Shown here piece by piece: positions 30,704-42,910 of a stretch of 64,000 nt of DNA; positions within the stretch are counted from its first letter, which is position 1; every line of letters starts with the position of its first letter. This DNA is from Acidobacteriaceae bacterium (GTDB lineage Bacteria; Acidobacteriota; Terriglobia; Terriglobales; Acidobacteriaceae), in assembly GCA_965277125.1 (NCBI GenBank), contig CBDIBU010000004.1, forward strand, positions 87,940 to 151,939, read 5' to 3'. A model generated the notes under the pieces. It was not told the origin of the DNA. It ran no database searches and worked only from the letters and a program-made list of their open reading frames with translations. A program made the translations under genes and the position numbers.

Positions 30704-31117
30704 ATGCGGGGCGTTGCAGCGAGTTTTGGTATTGGCGCTATATTATTGATATCAAGCAGTTTGCACTCGGTGCGGGCGAGTGAGGACGCGGGGAAGCCGG
30801 AGTTCTACACGGCGAAGGTCGCGCCAATTCTTCAAAAGAACTGCTACAGCTGTCACGGCAGCATGAACCATCGTGGCGGCTTTGATATGGCGACCCGCGA
30901 GGGAATGCTGAAAGGCGGCCACCATGGGTCGGCGCTGGTTCCGGGTGATCCAGCTAACTCTATGCTGGTCAAGCTGATGCGACATGAGGGACCGGCTGAT
31001 GACCCGATGAACATGCCGCCCGCGCCCAGGCCCAAAGTGTCGGATGCGGAGATCGCGACGGTGGAGCAGTGGGTGAAGGCGGGCGCGGTGATGCCGCCGC
31101 ACGTGCCCAAACCGTAG
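30704..31117 (+). CDS. c-type cytochrome domain protein (planctomycete-type PSCyt1-like)
   Basis: Signal-like N-terminus, haem motif NCYSCHG, and LKGGHHGSALVPGDPANSMLVKLM typical of the Planctomycete cytochrome C domain. Confidence 0.75.
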   Translation: MRGVAASFGIGAILLISSSLHSVRASEDAGKPEFYTAKVAPILQKNCYSCHGSMNHRGGFDMATREGMLKGGHHGSALVPGDPANSMLVKLMRHEGPADDPMNMPPAPRPKVSDAEIATVEQWVKAGAVMPPHVPKP

Positions 31118-31554
31118 GTCGAAACTCTGTCAAAAACGATGGGCAGGAGGTGGCTTTTGGAGGGCAGAACGGCATCATGAATCGCTTTCTGCAGGCGAAT
31201 GCGCATGGCTCTCGACGACGTGCTCCTTAAAGGGATGGGGAGGGCGTAGGCGGCCGTTCGGTCACGGACCGAGCCCCCGGGAGGCTGACCTGCTCTCGCG
31301 TGTGACCCCGAGGTTTGTCGGGGAACGTCAAAAGCACTGCGCGTGCAGGGAAGGTGAGTGTCTCGAGCTTAGGCTGGAGGATGTAGACCACTCCGGTACG
31401 CTTCACGCGCACGAAGAGGCATCCTGAGGAACAACGATTGATGGACGTGTGGATCGGCAGACGGCGGGTTGGGCTGGGGCGCGTGGCGGAGATGGGTCTT
31501 TTCTGGGGAGCGGTGTGCTCGGCGGCGCAAGCGGCAGAGCCAATCTAGGCACCG

Positions 31555-32643
31555 ATGACGGCGGAGCACTGGCGTCTGGCCGGACCGGACCGGGCGGAGC
31601 CGAAGGCGGATGCGGTGTTCATGACCAGGGAGGGCTTTCCGCAGGGAGCGTTGATCCTCAAGGCCGGCGGTGTCGCGCTCGATGGTCTGAACTTCCGCAA
31701 CGGGACGATCGAGTTCGATGTTAAGCCGATCGGGGAGGACATGCCCGGAATACGTTTTCGGCAGCGCGGCGCACCGGGGGTGCAGGATGCGGAGGAGTTC
31801 TACGTAAGGAACTTTTCGGAATGCCGGGCGTCGGATGACTGTGTGCAGTATGCGCCGGTGATTCACGGCTTCATGCTGTGGAATGTGTATCCGCAGTTTC
31901 AGTCACAGGCGTTTGTGGTGGAGGGATGGAACCACGTGCGGTTGGTGATCTCGGGGCGGCGGATGAAGGTGTACGTGAATCGCTTTCCGGGACCGGTGTT
32001 GACAGTGGGCAACCTGGAGAGCGAGTCGGCTGAAGGCGAGATCCAGCTAGAGGGGCCGGCGGTGTTCGCCAACGTGGTGATTACGCCAGACGCGGTGGAC
32101 GGGCTGCCCGAGCAGCCGCTGCCTGACCCGACGGCGGGGGACCACGGCATTATTCGTCGGTGGCAGCTGGGGCCATTGGAGCCGCTGCGCTTCGGCAAGA
32201 CACCTAGCTACGAAGCGATGCCGACCGATCCGCAGCTATGGAAGAGCATGGCGACCGAGAGGCTCGGTCTGTTGAACCTGAATCGGCAGTACCGGGCGGC
32301 GGACGTGCCGCCGGCGCTTGGCTGGCTGCGGTACACGGTCGAGAGTGACCGGGAGCAGCGGAAGCGGGTCTCCATGGGATGGATTGGGCAGGTGTGGATC
32401 TTTGAGAACGGACGGCTGATCACGGAAGGCAAGAACTTCTATGACCCGGAGCGCGAGCGGCGAGCGCCGGATGGGCGGCTGGCAATGGAGAACGGATCCT
32501 TCGATGTTCCGTTGCGCAAAGGACGAAATGAGATTGCGATTGCGCTGTATGGCTCCCCGCACGACGATGCACGGAACCGAACACCGTACGGATGGGGGCT
32601 GATGATGCGGTTTGCGGACCCTGAGGGGCTGCGGCTGCCGTAA
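31555..32643 (+). CDS. hypothetical beta-sandwich protein (DUF1080/3-keto-disaccharide-hydrolase-like N-terminal half); its signal peptide is cut off by an in-frame TAG
   Basis: 362-aa ORF. In the same frame, 31441..31545 encodes MDVWIGRRRVGLGRVAEMGLFWGAVCSAAQAAEPI followed by TAG at 31546..31548. The family call is weak and made by eye only. Confidence 0.6.
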   Translation: MTAEHWRLAGPDRAEPKADAVFMTREGFPQGALILKAGGVALDGLNFRNGTIEFDVKPIGEDMPGIRFRQRGAPGVQDAEEFYVRNFSECRASDDCVQYAPVIHGFMLWNVYPQFQSQAFVVEGWNHVRLVISGRRMKVYVNRFPGPVLTVGNLESESAEGEIQLEGPAVFANVVITPDAVDGLPEQPLPDPTAGDHGIIRRWQLGPLEPLRFGKTPSYEAMPTDPQLWKSMATERLGLLNLNRQYRAADVPPALGWLRYTVESDREQRKRVSMGWIGQVWIFENGRLITEGKNFYDPERERRAPDGRLAMENGSFDVPLRKGRNEIAIALYGSPHDDARNRTPYGWGLMMRFADPEGLRLP

Positions 32644-32931
32644 GGGACAGATGCGGGAACAGGGTCGTGTCGGCGCCTTGAGCGGGATCGCAGCGTGAGC
32701 GAGGTGAAGATTGCTCCGCGGCGAACGCACGATTAGGTCGTGCGTTCTTCGGTCGAGGTGACAGCGCGTCGTGCGTGGGGAGAGCGGGACCAGACAGGGC
32801 TGGGGCAGATGAGCGTGGAAGCGTACCTCACGGTCGCAGCCGTATCGTGCTCAACTTGGGATAGTGCCCAAAGTCTTGCGGAGTCTCCGCAAGCATGGGC
32901 GAGCGGAGACGCGGGGCGAGGCGAGCGGAGA

Positions 32932-35856
<2,925 letters not shown>

Positions 35857-35901
35857 CTATACTCGAAAGGTTGTCCAAATCGCAGGAAAGGAAGGCTCCA
35901 G

Positions 35902-36099
35902 ATGCCAAAGTTGAAGACCCACTCGGGCGCGGCGAAGCGCTTCCACAAGACCGGCACCGGCAAGTTCAAGCGCGGCCAGTCGAAGATGCGCCATATTCTG
36001 ACCTCGAAGATGCAGAAGACCAAGCGCAAGCTGCGCGAGGGGGTTCTGGTTTCGGTGGCGGATTCGCCCAAGGTTGCCCGCATGTTGCCGTACGCCTGA
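35902..36099 (+). CDS. rpmI: 50S ribosomal protein L35 (bL35)
   Basis: [36 protein letters not shown], the canonical L35 sequence. It forms the 3' end of the spurious 33334..36099 ORF. Confidence 0.95.
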   Translation: MPKLKTHSGAAKRFHKTGTGKFKRGQSKMRHILTSKMQKTKRKLREGVLVSVADSPKVARMLPYA

Positions 36100-36273
36100 T
36101 CGGCGACGGCTGTTGCATCGGCTCGAGCCGCGCGACGGGATGATCTCCGGGACCGTGCGATGGGCACAAGCCCCTGGACCGGATGTCGGGTCCACTGAGA
36201 GCCGAGCTGTACCGCGAGCGAAGAGGTCACCCTGCCTCCAGCCGCGAAACGATGTATTCAAAGGAGATCGACC

Positions 36274-36657
36274 ATGCCCCGCGTGAAACGGAGTACCAAG
36301 CGCAGCGACCGCCGCAAGAAGATTCTGAAGCGGGCGAGCGGCTATTTTCTTACCAAGTCCAAGCTGTACCAGGCGGCGCAGGAGGCGGTCGAGCGCTCGC
36401 TGATGTTTGCCTACACCGGCCGCAAGCAGAAGAAGCGGCAGTTTCGCTCGCTGTGGATTGTGCGTATCGGGGCGGCGGCGAAGCTGAACGGCATGAGCTA
36501 TTCGACGTTTATCGCCGGGCTGAAAGCGGCGGGCAACGGGCTTGATCGCAAGATCCTGGCGGACATCGCGGTGAATGATGCGGCGGGGTTTGCGGCGTTG
36601 GCGGAGCAGGCCAAGGCGGCGCATGCAGCGAAGCAGAACGTGAGCCAGGCGGCTTAG
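36274..36657 (+). CDS. rplT: 50S ribosomal protein L20 (bL20)
   Basis: [25 protein letters not shown]...[21 protein letters not shown], the canonical L20 sequence. Confidence 0.95.
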   Translation: MPRVKRSTKRSDRRKKILKRASGYFLTKSKLYQAAQEAVERSLMFAYTGRKQKKRQFRSLWIVRIGAAAKLNGMSYSTFIAGLKAAGNGLDRKILADIAVNDAAGFAALAEQAKAAHAAKQNVSQAA

Positions 36658-37694
36658 GGTTCTCTCTGTGCGGCTGCGGTCTCGGGCATGGGCTCGGGGA
36701 TGTGCTCGGTGACGCCACTCTTCCATCCGCGGTAGGCGGCATCGAGCAGGCGCATGTTGGTGACGCCATCTGCGGCCGTGGCCTGGAAGGGGGCGACGCC
36801 GCGCACGGCCTGGGCGAAGCTGTCGAGCATGGCGGCGAAGCTGCCGGCGTTGTCGATCTCAGTGTGCTCTTCGAGCTTGCCGCCGCGACGAAGTTCAAGG
36901 GTCACGGGCTGGTCGACGGTGAGGGCGTTTTCGCAGAGCAGGACGCCCTCGCTGCCGACGACCTCGACCTGCGAGCGATAGGCGGCGAGCGCGGAGACTG
37001 TGACGCTGAGCAGGCAGCCGCCGGTCATCTCGCCTTGCAAGGAGGCGATGGCTTCGAGCCGGTCGTAGCTCGCGTCGCCGAGTGCCAGGGTCTGCAGGCT
37101 GACGATCTCGCGATCGAGCACAAAGCGCAGCGCATCCAGGCAGTGCACACCGACGTCGCCGATCGGGCCGCCGCAGGCGAGTGTGCCGTCGGCGATCCAG
37201 CGCCGCGGGCTGCGCGTGCCGTTGTAGCAGAACTGCGCGCGCGCGAGCTGCGGCGTGCCGATGCGACCGGCGGCGATGCCCTCGCGCAGGAGCACAAGCG
37301 CCCGGTTCCAGCGCATGTTCTGCGCCACGCCGAGCAGCACACCGGCGCGCTGGGCCGCGGTCTGCATGGCGAGCGCCTCCGCGGCGTTCATGGCCAGCGG
37401 CTTTTCGCAGAGAATGCTTTTGCCATGCGCGGCGCAGAGCAGAACATCTTCGTGGTGCAGCGCGTCGGGCGAGGTGATGAAGACGGCGTCGACCTCGGGC
37501 GAGCGGCACAGATCTTCGCGCGCGTGAAAGACGTGCGGGACGAAGAAGTCGGCGGCGTTTCGCGCGGCGGCGGCCGGATCGCGGCGCCACAGGCCGACGA
37601 GCTGGGCTTCGGTGGCGCGGGCGAACGCGGGCATCAGCCGCTTGATGGCGTGATTGCCGAAGCCGAGGATGGCGAAGCGGACGGGTGCGGGCAA
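36654..37694 (-). CDS. Gfo/Idh/MocA-family oxidoreductase
   Basis: [20 protein letters not shown] Rossmann N-terminus and ILCEKPLA motif. There is no ATG near the domain start; the TTG at 37694 lies 5 nt after GGAGG. The ORF is open up to 38036. Confidence 0.8.
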   Translation of the reverse strand: MPAPVRFAILGFGNHAIKRLMPAFARATEAQLVGLWRRDPAAAARNAADFFVPHVFHAREDLCRSPEVDAVFITSPDALHHEDVLLCAAHGKSILCEKPLAMNAAEALAMQTAAQRAGVLLGVAQNMRWNRALVLLREGIAAGRIGTPQLARAQFCYNGTRSPRRWIADGTLACGGPIGDVGVHCLDALRFVLDREIVSLQTLALGDASYDRLEAIASLQGEMTGGCLLSVTVSALAAYRSQVEVVGSEGVLLCENALTVDQPVTLELRRGGKLEEHTEIDNAGSFAAMLDSFAQAVRGVAPFQATAADGVTNMRLLDAAYRGWKSGVTEHIPEPMPETAAAQREP

Positions 37695-37752
37695 GGGAGC
37701 CTCCGCTGCGAGGATACGCGGATCGAAGCTGGAAGGGCAGTATGGATGAGAG

Positions 37753-38853
37753 CTAGTGCGCGTCGTGCGTGAGCACTTCCTGGGCGAAGAAGTTCTCGAC
37801 CCGGGCCTGGTCCCGCAGGACCTGGAGGTAGGCGTTTTTGAGCAGCTGGGAGCGAGCCTCGCGGAGCTGCGAGCGGATGGCCTGCTGCACGCTGGGATCG
37901 TTGAGATCGCGTTGGCCGGCGGGCTCGCGGGCGACGAGCTTGTAGATGGCGTAGCCCATGGGCTTTTTGGTGCCGGCGTCGAGCAGCGGCAAGATATCGG
38001 TGATCTGGCCCGGCCGGAGTTTGGTGACGGCGGCATAGACGCTGGGGTCCGAGCGCATCTGCGACTCGGGAACGAAGCCCATGTCGCCGCCGCTGGACGC
38101 GGTCTCGGGCCGCTCGGAGAAGTTCATGGCGAGCGCGCCGAAGTCTTCGCCGGAGTCGAGCCGGTTTTTGATGGCCTGGATCTTCTTTTGCGCCTCGGCA
38201 TCGCTGGTAGCCTTGGAGCCCTGGAGGTTGCCGGGCTGGGCCGAGGGGACGTTGGTGACCTGAATCTGCTGCAGGCGGTACTGGGTCTCGATCAGGTTGA
38301 ACTCGGCCTTGTGCGAGTTGTAATAGCTCGCGATGTCGGCATCGGTGACGGTGATCTTGGAGTTGATTTCCTTGTTCAGGAGCTTGTCGATGGTGAGCGA
38401 GCGGCGGAGGTCGTGCTTGACGTCGTCCAGGGTGTGATTGCTGGCCTGGAGCCGCTGCTGGAACTGCTCCTCGGTGTAGGGCGCCTTCATCTCAGCGACC
38501 TTGGCGTCGACCTCCTCGTTGGTGGCGGTGAGGTTCATCTTGGCGGCGCGCTGCTGTACGATCTCCTCGTCGATGAGCTCGCGGAGGACGTTGAGGCGGA
38601 GCAGCTCGCCCTGGTCGAAGGAGGGCTGCTGGCCCTGGGTGTCGCCGAGCTGCGCCTGGTAGGCGCGATCGACCTCGGACTTCTGGATGGGGTGGCCGTT
38701 GACGGTGGCGACCACATCGGCCGAGTGGGCGCGGTGGCAGCCCGCAAGGGCGAACGGCAGCACAAGAATGGCGACCGCGCCAAGGAGCCCGCGACGGCAT
38801 CCGCGAGGGCGCCGGGGCGATCCGGCCGGCGACTTGGAGACGAGGTCGGGCAT
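37753..38853 (-). CDS. SurA-like periplasmic chaperone / parvulin-type peptidyl-prolyl isomerase (lipoprotein signal)
   Basis: Lipobox-like FALAGC, a SurA_N-like segment (ATVNGHPIQKSEVD...) and a parvulin motif region (SSGGDMGFV). Confidence 0.8.
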   Translation of the reverse strand: MPDLVSKSPAGSPRRPRGCRRGLLGAVAILVLPFALAGCHRAHSADVVATVNGHPIQKSEVDRAYQAQLGDTQGQQPSFDQGELLRLNVLRELIDEEIVQQRAAKMNLTATNEEVDAKVAEMKAPYTEEQFQQRLQASNHTLDDVKHDLRRSLTIDKLLNKEINSKITVTDADIASYYNSHKAEFNLIETQYRLQQIQVTNVPSAQPGNLQGSKATSDAEAQKKIQAIKNRLDSGEDFGALAMNFSERPETASSGGDMGFVPESQMRSDPSVYAAVTKLRPGQITDILPLLDAGTKKPMGYAIYKLVAREPAGQRDLNDPSVQQAIRSQLREARSQLLKNAYLQVLRDQARVENFFAQEVLTHDAH

Positions 38854-38856
38854 CGG

Positions 38857-39867
38857 CTAGCTGGCCGGCTTCGCGGCGGCGGAGGGGGCTTGGTTGGCAG
38901 CCGACGGGGCGGCGGCGGAGGGTGTGGGCGCGGACGGCGGCGTGCGACCCTGTGCCACCAGCGCGCCGTCGATCATGCGGAAGAGGGCCTCATTGGGGTA
39001 GGCGCCCTCGAACTTCTCGCCGTTGATGAAGAGGACGGGCGTGGAGCCGAGGCCGAGCGCGTCGCCCTCCTTGACTGAGGCTTCGACGGTGCGCGGGTCC
39101 TGATTGTCGATGCAGGCGCTCAACTTTGCTGCGTCCACGTGCTGCTGCGCGCCCTCGTCACGGGTGAGCGTGTCCAGGGTGTGGTTGGCGACCGCGAGGC
39201 TCTTGTCCGGTCCGCCGAGCTCGGCGGCGTGGGCATGGATGTGATCGACCAGGCTCCAGTAGCCGGCGGGGCTTTGCGCGGCGAGGCAGTTGACGTCGAT
39301 GGCGGCGCGCATGGCCCAGGGGTGGTTGGGCAGTGGATAGTCCTTGTAGACGAAGTGGACGTTGTTGCCATAGCGCTCAAGCAGCGCGGGAAAGATCTGC
39401 GCGTGGAGCTTGGCGCAGAACGGGCATTCGAGATCGTCGAAGCCGACGATGGTAACGGGCGCGGTGGTGGGACCGCCGCGACTCGGCCGGTCGGCGTCCG
39501 AGATCGCCTGCCTGGGGTCCTGGCTGAGGTCGTAGCGGCTGAACTGCGCGAGCGTCTTGCCGTCGGTGGAGACGAGGAAGTTGACCGGCTTGCTGGGCGT
39601 GCCGTCGGGGTTGGTGAAGAGCACGGCGAGCTGATCGAAGCCGGGGACCTCACTGGGGGTGAGCGAGCCCATGGTGACGGAGAAGTCGGGTGGCACATTG
39701 CCGCGGGTGCGAATCAGAACCTCAATGCGGCGGGCGAGCTCGGGCGAGAGCCGGGCGCCGGTCGAGGCGGGGACTGCCTGGCCGTGGCAACCGAGGGGGC
39801 TCAGCAGAAGCGCGGCGAGCAGGATTGGGAGGCGGCGAGACACGATCGGCACTGCTCTGATTATCAC
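38857..39867 (-). CDS. DsbA-family thiol:disulfide oxidoreductase
   Basis: Thioredoxin-fold active site DDLECPFCAKLH. Signal/lipobox-like N-terminus (LLLSPLGC). GTG start. Confidence 0.8.
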   Translation of the reverse strand: MIIRAVPIVSRRLPILLAALLLSPLGCHGQAVPASTGARLSPELARRIEVLIRTRGNVPPDFSVTMGSLTPSEVPGFDQLAVLFTNPDGTPSKPVNFLVSTDGKTLAQFSRYDLSQDPRQAISDADRPSRGGPTTAPVTIVGFDDLECPFCAKLHAQIFPALLERYGNNVHFVYKDYPLPNHPWAMRAAIDVNCLAAQSPAGYWSLVDHIHAHAAELGGPDKSLAVANHTLDTLTRDEGAQQHVDAAKLSACIDNQDPRTVEASVKEGDALGLGSTPVLFINGEKFEGAYPNEALFRMIDGALVAQGRTPPSAPTPSAAAPSAANQAPSAAAKPAS

Positions 39868-39980
39868 ATGCAGGCTCGCGGCGCGTGTATCCCTACAGGC
39901 CCGTCGCGTATCCCCTGCAGGCTCGCGGCGCGTGTATCCGACGCTCGCCGTGCGGCGCGGGATGGCCGTCCGGCAGGAGG

Positions 39981-42626
39981 CTAGAAGAGGCGCTCGGCGC
40001 GGCGCAGATTGCCGGCCGTGCCGATGTTGGCGAGGGTGAAGTTGAAGCGGTAGGCGTTCTCATTGCGGACGCTGCCGAGCTCGTACTTCCGGTACTCGAT
40101 GGCCAGGCCGCAGCAGTTCCAGTTATAGGAGGTCTGGACGGCGGCGTACTGGATCTGGGTGAGATCGAGGTCGAGGCCGGCGTTGGCGGCGACGCTGAGG
40201 CCGCCTTTGGTCGGGCTGCCGTAGCCGGCGAGCAGGCGCATCTGGTTGAAGTCCGAGGTGAGCGAGTTGACTCCCTCGACGTAGGAGCGACCGGGCGCAT
40301 TAAGGCGAGCGTAGCTGAGACCGGCGAAGGTGACGCCGCGGTGCACGTCGACGAAGACATTGTTGGCGGTGAACTTCTTGGCGCCGGTGTCGAGGTCGAA
40401 GTCCCACTCGAAGTCGACGAACTGCGAGGAGCGGATCTGCAGGCGCGAGATCAGGGGCGAGATGTTGCGGGGTTCGGTGAGGAAGGCGACGCCCGAGAAG
40501 TCGAGGGTGGAGGTGAGAATGTTGCGCCGGCCGGCGATGACGGCGCCGCCGAAGGTGGGGTTGAAGAAGCTCTTCTGGGCGAGCGTCCAGGTGACCCACT
40601 CGCGCGTGGTGCAGCGGGCGCCGATGACGGGAACGGCGATGCCGGGCAGCGCGTGGCCGCTGCCGAGGGCGGTGGGGACGGGGTCGCCGGAGCCGTTCGG
40701 CGCGGAGGCGTCGTCCAGCAGACCGCTGCCGCTCGCGTCCGTTGCGCCGGAGGCGTCCATCGAGGCGCCGCAGCTTTGATCGCGTGAGGCAGAGCGCACG
40801 AACACACGCTGGGTGACGCCGTATTCCAGCTCGTCGGTGTTGCTGACCACGTCGCGGTCGTCGAAGCGGAGGATGTTCTGGAAGTTGTGCACGCCGGTGA
40901 CGTAGCGATAGGTGAGGAAGGGCTCGACGGTGTGTTTGACCGGACCGTGGGCGAGGCGTTCGAGCAGCGGCGAATCAAAGACGCGCTCGACCACGGGGGC
41001 GCGCAGTTCGACCACGGCTTCGAGATTGGAGCGGCTGATGCTGCTGCGCTGTTCGATGGTCGGCGGCGGCCCGACAGGGGGCGTGATGGGAGGCGATCCC
41101 GGCAGCAGGTCGGGGTTGCGACTGCGGCTGTAGAAGGTCTCCCGCAGGCCGAGGGACGGGCGCAGGCGCCAGCCGTCGGCGGAGAGGCCGTAGGCGAGGG
41201 TGGGATGGAGGTCGAGCCGCTCGGTGACGCCGCCGGTGGCGAAGTTGGGCTGCACCCGCTTGAGGCCCGCGCCCTGGCTGTCGAAGTTCCAGCTGAGGCC
41301 GCGGACGCCGAAGGTGCGATCGGTGGAGCTGAACTCGAGCGAGGGCACATGGAAGATGCGGATCTCCTGCCCGGGGATGGCGGCCGCGGTGTCGGTCGCG
41401 GGGACGGGGACGCGCTTCAGGCCCTGGTAGCGATCGGACTCGAGGGAGGCGGTGTAGCCGTTGTGCGTGGTGATGCCGTAGGCCTCGGAGAGGATGTCGG
41501 TCGAGACCGCCTGGTTGAAGTTTTCGGTGAAGGCTTCGCGGTAGACATAGGAGCTGAGGTACTCGATGTCGGCGACGAAACGGGTCGCGGGGGAGAGATC
41601 GCGGCGGGCGGAGAAGACGAGGTCTTCCCCGCCCTGGTTGGTATAGGTTCCACCGGCGGGGGTGTAGCCGCGATCGAAGAGCTGGCTGTAGTGCGCTTGA
41701 AGGAAGTTGTCGCCCAGGCCGCGATTGCGCACGGTGAACTGATCGAGCCAGCCGCGCATGGAGAAGAACTCGGCGCCAAGCGTGATGTCGGTCGAGCGGC
41801 CGAGGGGGAGGTAGATCTGCTCGCCGAGCACGGTGCCCTTGGTCGAGGACTGGCCGATGACGGGGATAAGGAGGCCGCCCTGGCGACCCTCGGTCGCGAC
41901 CGGCTGGGTGACGTAGGGAAGGTAGAGCAGGGGCAGGTTGAGCAGATGGAAGACGGTGTTGCGCGCGCGCACCTTGTTGTCGTCCAGGCTGAAGAGGCCG
42001 CCGGAGAGCAGCCAGTCCGGGTGCGGCAGACGGCAGGAGGTGACGGTGCCGTCAAAGATGTCGTAGCTCTGGGGCCCTGTCTTGCGGACCTCGCGGCCAG
42101 TGAAGAGGAAGGGGTTGCCGTTGGCATAAACGAGCCGTTTGCCGACGGGCTTGAGGCCGACCGACCCGGTGACGTCGAAGAACTCGCCGACCTGGGTTTG
42201 GAGGTTGAGAGAGCCGCGACTGGCGTGGATCTCTTCGGCGTTGTTGCCGCCGCTGAGGTGGAGATGGCCGGTTGCGGTGAGCACGTGCGAGTCGGTGTCG
42301 TACTCGATGTGGTCGGCTTCTACCGTGCGGTCGGTGTAGTGGACGACGACGTCGCCATCGAGCACGTAGTGGTGGCCGGTCTTGGTCTGGGTGTCGCTGG
42401 TGATCGAGATGGGGGTGGTGTCCGTGGGGTCGGGGACGAGGTGGGCGAGCGGAAGGCCGGGGGCGGCGGGCAGGTTCGGGGGCGGCGTGGTGGGTTGTCC
42501 GCCTGGAGCAAGGGGTGCCTTCGTGGTCAACGTCTGGGCCACGGACGAGGGCGTGGAAAGGCCGAGGAGCATGGTAGATATCAGGAGGGCCAGGGCGCCG
42601 CGAGCGCTGAGGCCGACAAGGCGCAC
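39981..42626 (-). CDS. lptD: LPS-assembly protein LptD
   Basis: OstA-like N-terminal domain (HYVLDGDVVVHYTDRTVEADHIEYD...) followed by a ~700-aa beta-barrel region ending ...RRAERLF. The GTG at 42626 gives signal peptide (M)RLVGLSARGALALLISTMLLGLSTPSSVAQ; the ORF is open to 42758. Confidence 0.85.
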   Translation of the reverse strand: MRLVGLSARGALALLISTMLLGLSTPSSVAQTLTTKAPLAPGGQPTTPPPNLPAAPGLPLAHLVPDPTDTTPISITSDTQTKTGHHYVLDGDVVVHYTDRTVEADHIEYDTDSHVLTATGHLHLSGGNNAEEIHASRGSLNLQTQVGEFFDVTGSVGLKPVGKRLVYANGNPFLFTGREVRKTGPQSYDIFDGTVTSCRLPHPDWLLSGGLFSLDDNKVRARNTVFHLLNLPLLYLPYVTQPVATEGRQGGLLIPVIGQSSTKGTVLGEQIYLPLGRSTDITLGAEFFSMRGWLDQFTVRNRGLGDNFLQAHYSQLFDRGYTPAGGTYTNQGGEDLVFSARRDLSPATRFVADIEYLSSYVYREAFTENFNQAVSTDILSEAYGITTHNGYTASLESDRYQGLKRVPVPATDTAAAIPGQEIRIFHVPSLEFSSTDRTFGVRGLSWNFDSQGAGLKRVQPNFATGGVTERLDLHPTLAYGLSADGWRLRPSLGLRETFYSRSRNPDLLPGSPPITPPVGPPPTIEQRSSISRSNLEAVVELRAPVVERVFDSPLLERLAHGPVKHTVEPFLTYRYVTGVHNFQNILRFDDRDVVSNTDELEYGVTQRVFVRSASRDQSCGASMDASGATDASGSGLLDDASAPNGSGDPVPTALGSGHALPGIAVPVIGARCTTREWVTWTLAQKSFFNPTFGGAVIAGRRNILTSTLDFSGVAFLTEPRNISPLISRLQIRSSQFVDFEWDFDLDTGAKKFTANNVFVDVHRGVTFAGLSYARLNAPGRSYVEGVNSLTSDFNQMRLLAGYGSPTKGGLSVAANAGLDLDLTQIQYAAVQTSYNWNCCGLAIEYRKYELGSVRNENAYRFNFTLANIGTAGNLRRAERLF

Positions 42627-42910
42627 GAGGCCGACGGGGCATCGAGGGGTTTGAGCGATCGGCCGGCAGCGATCGTTTTCGCGGCCGGGGTCAGGTTCAG
42701 AGTCAGGATCCGCTGCTCCGAGCTTCGCCGCAATGCTGCTTTGGTTGGATGCCACCACGGTTCAAGGGTAGACGAAGCCGCTTGAGACGAGGTTGCGGAG
42801 GCGGGTTCCGGCGGCGAGCGACGGTTGGGACAGGACAGGACGGCTGCAACGGACGGGTTGCAAGAGACAGGGTTTTGAGAGACCGGTTTGAAGAGGCGAA
42901 CGGATTGAGC

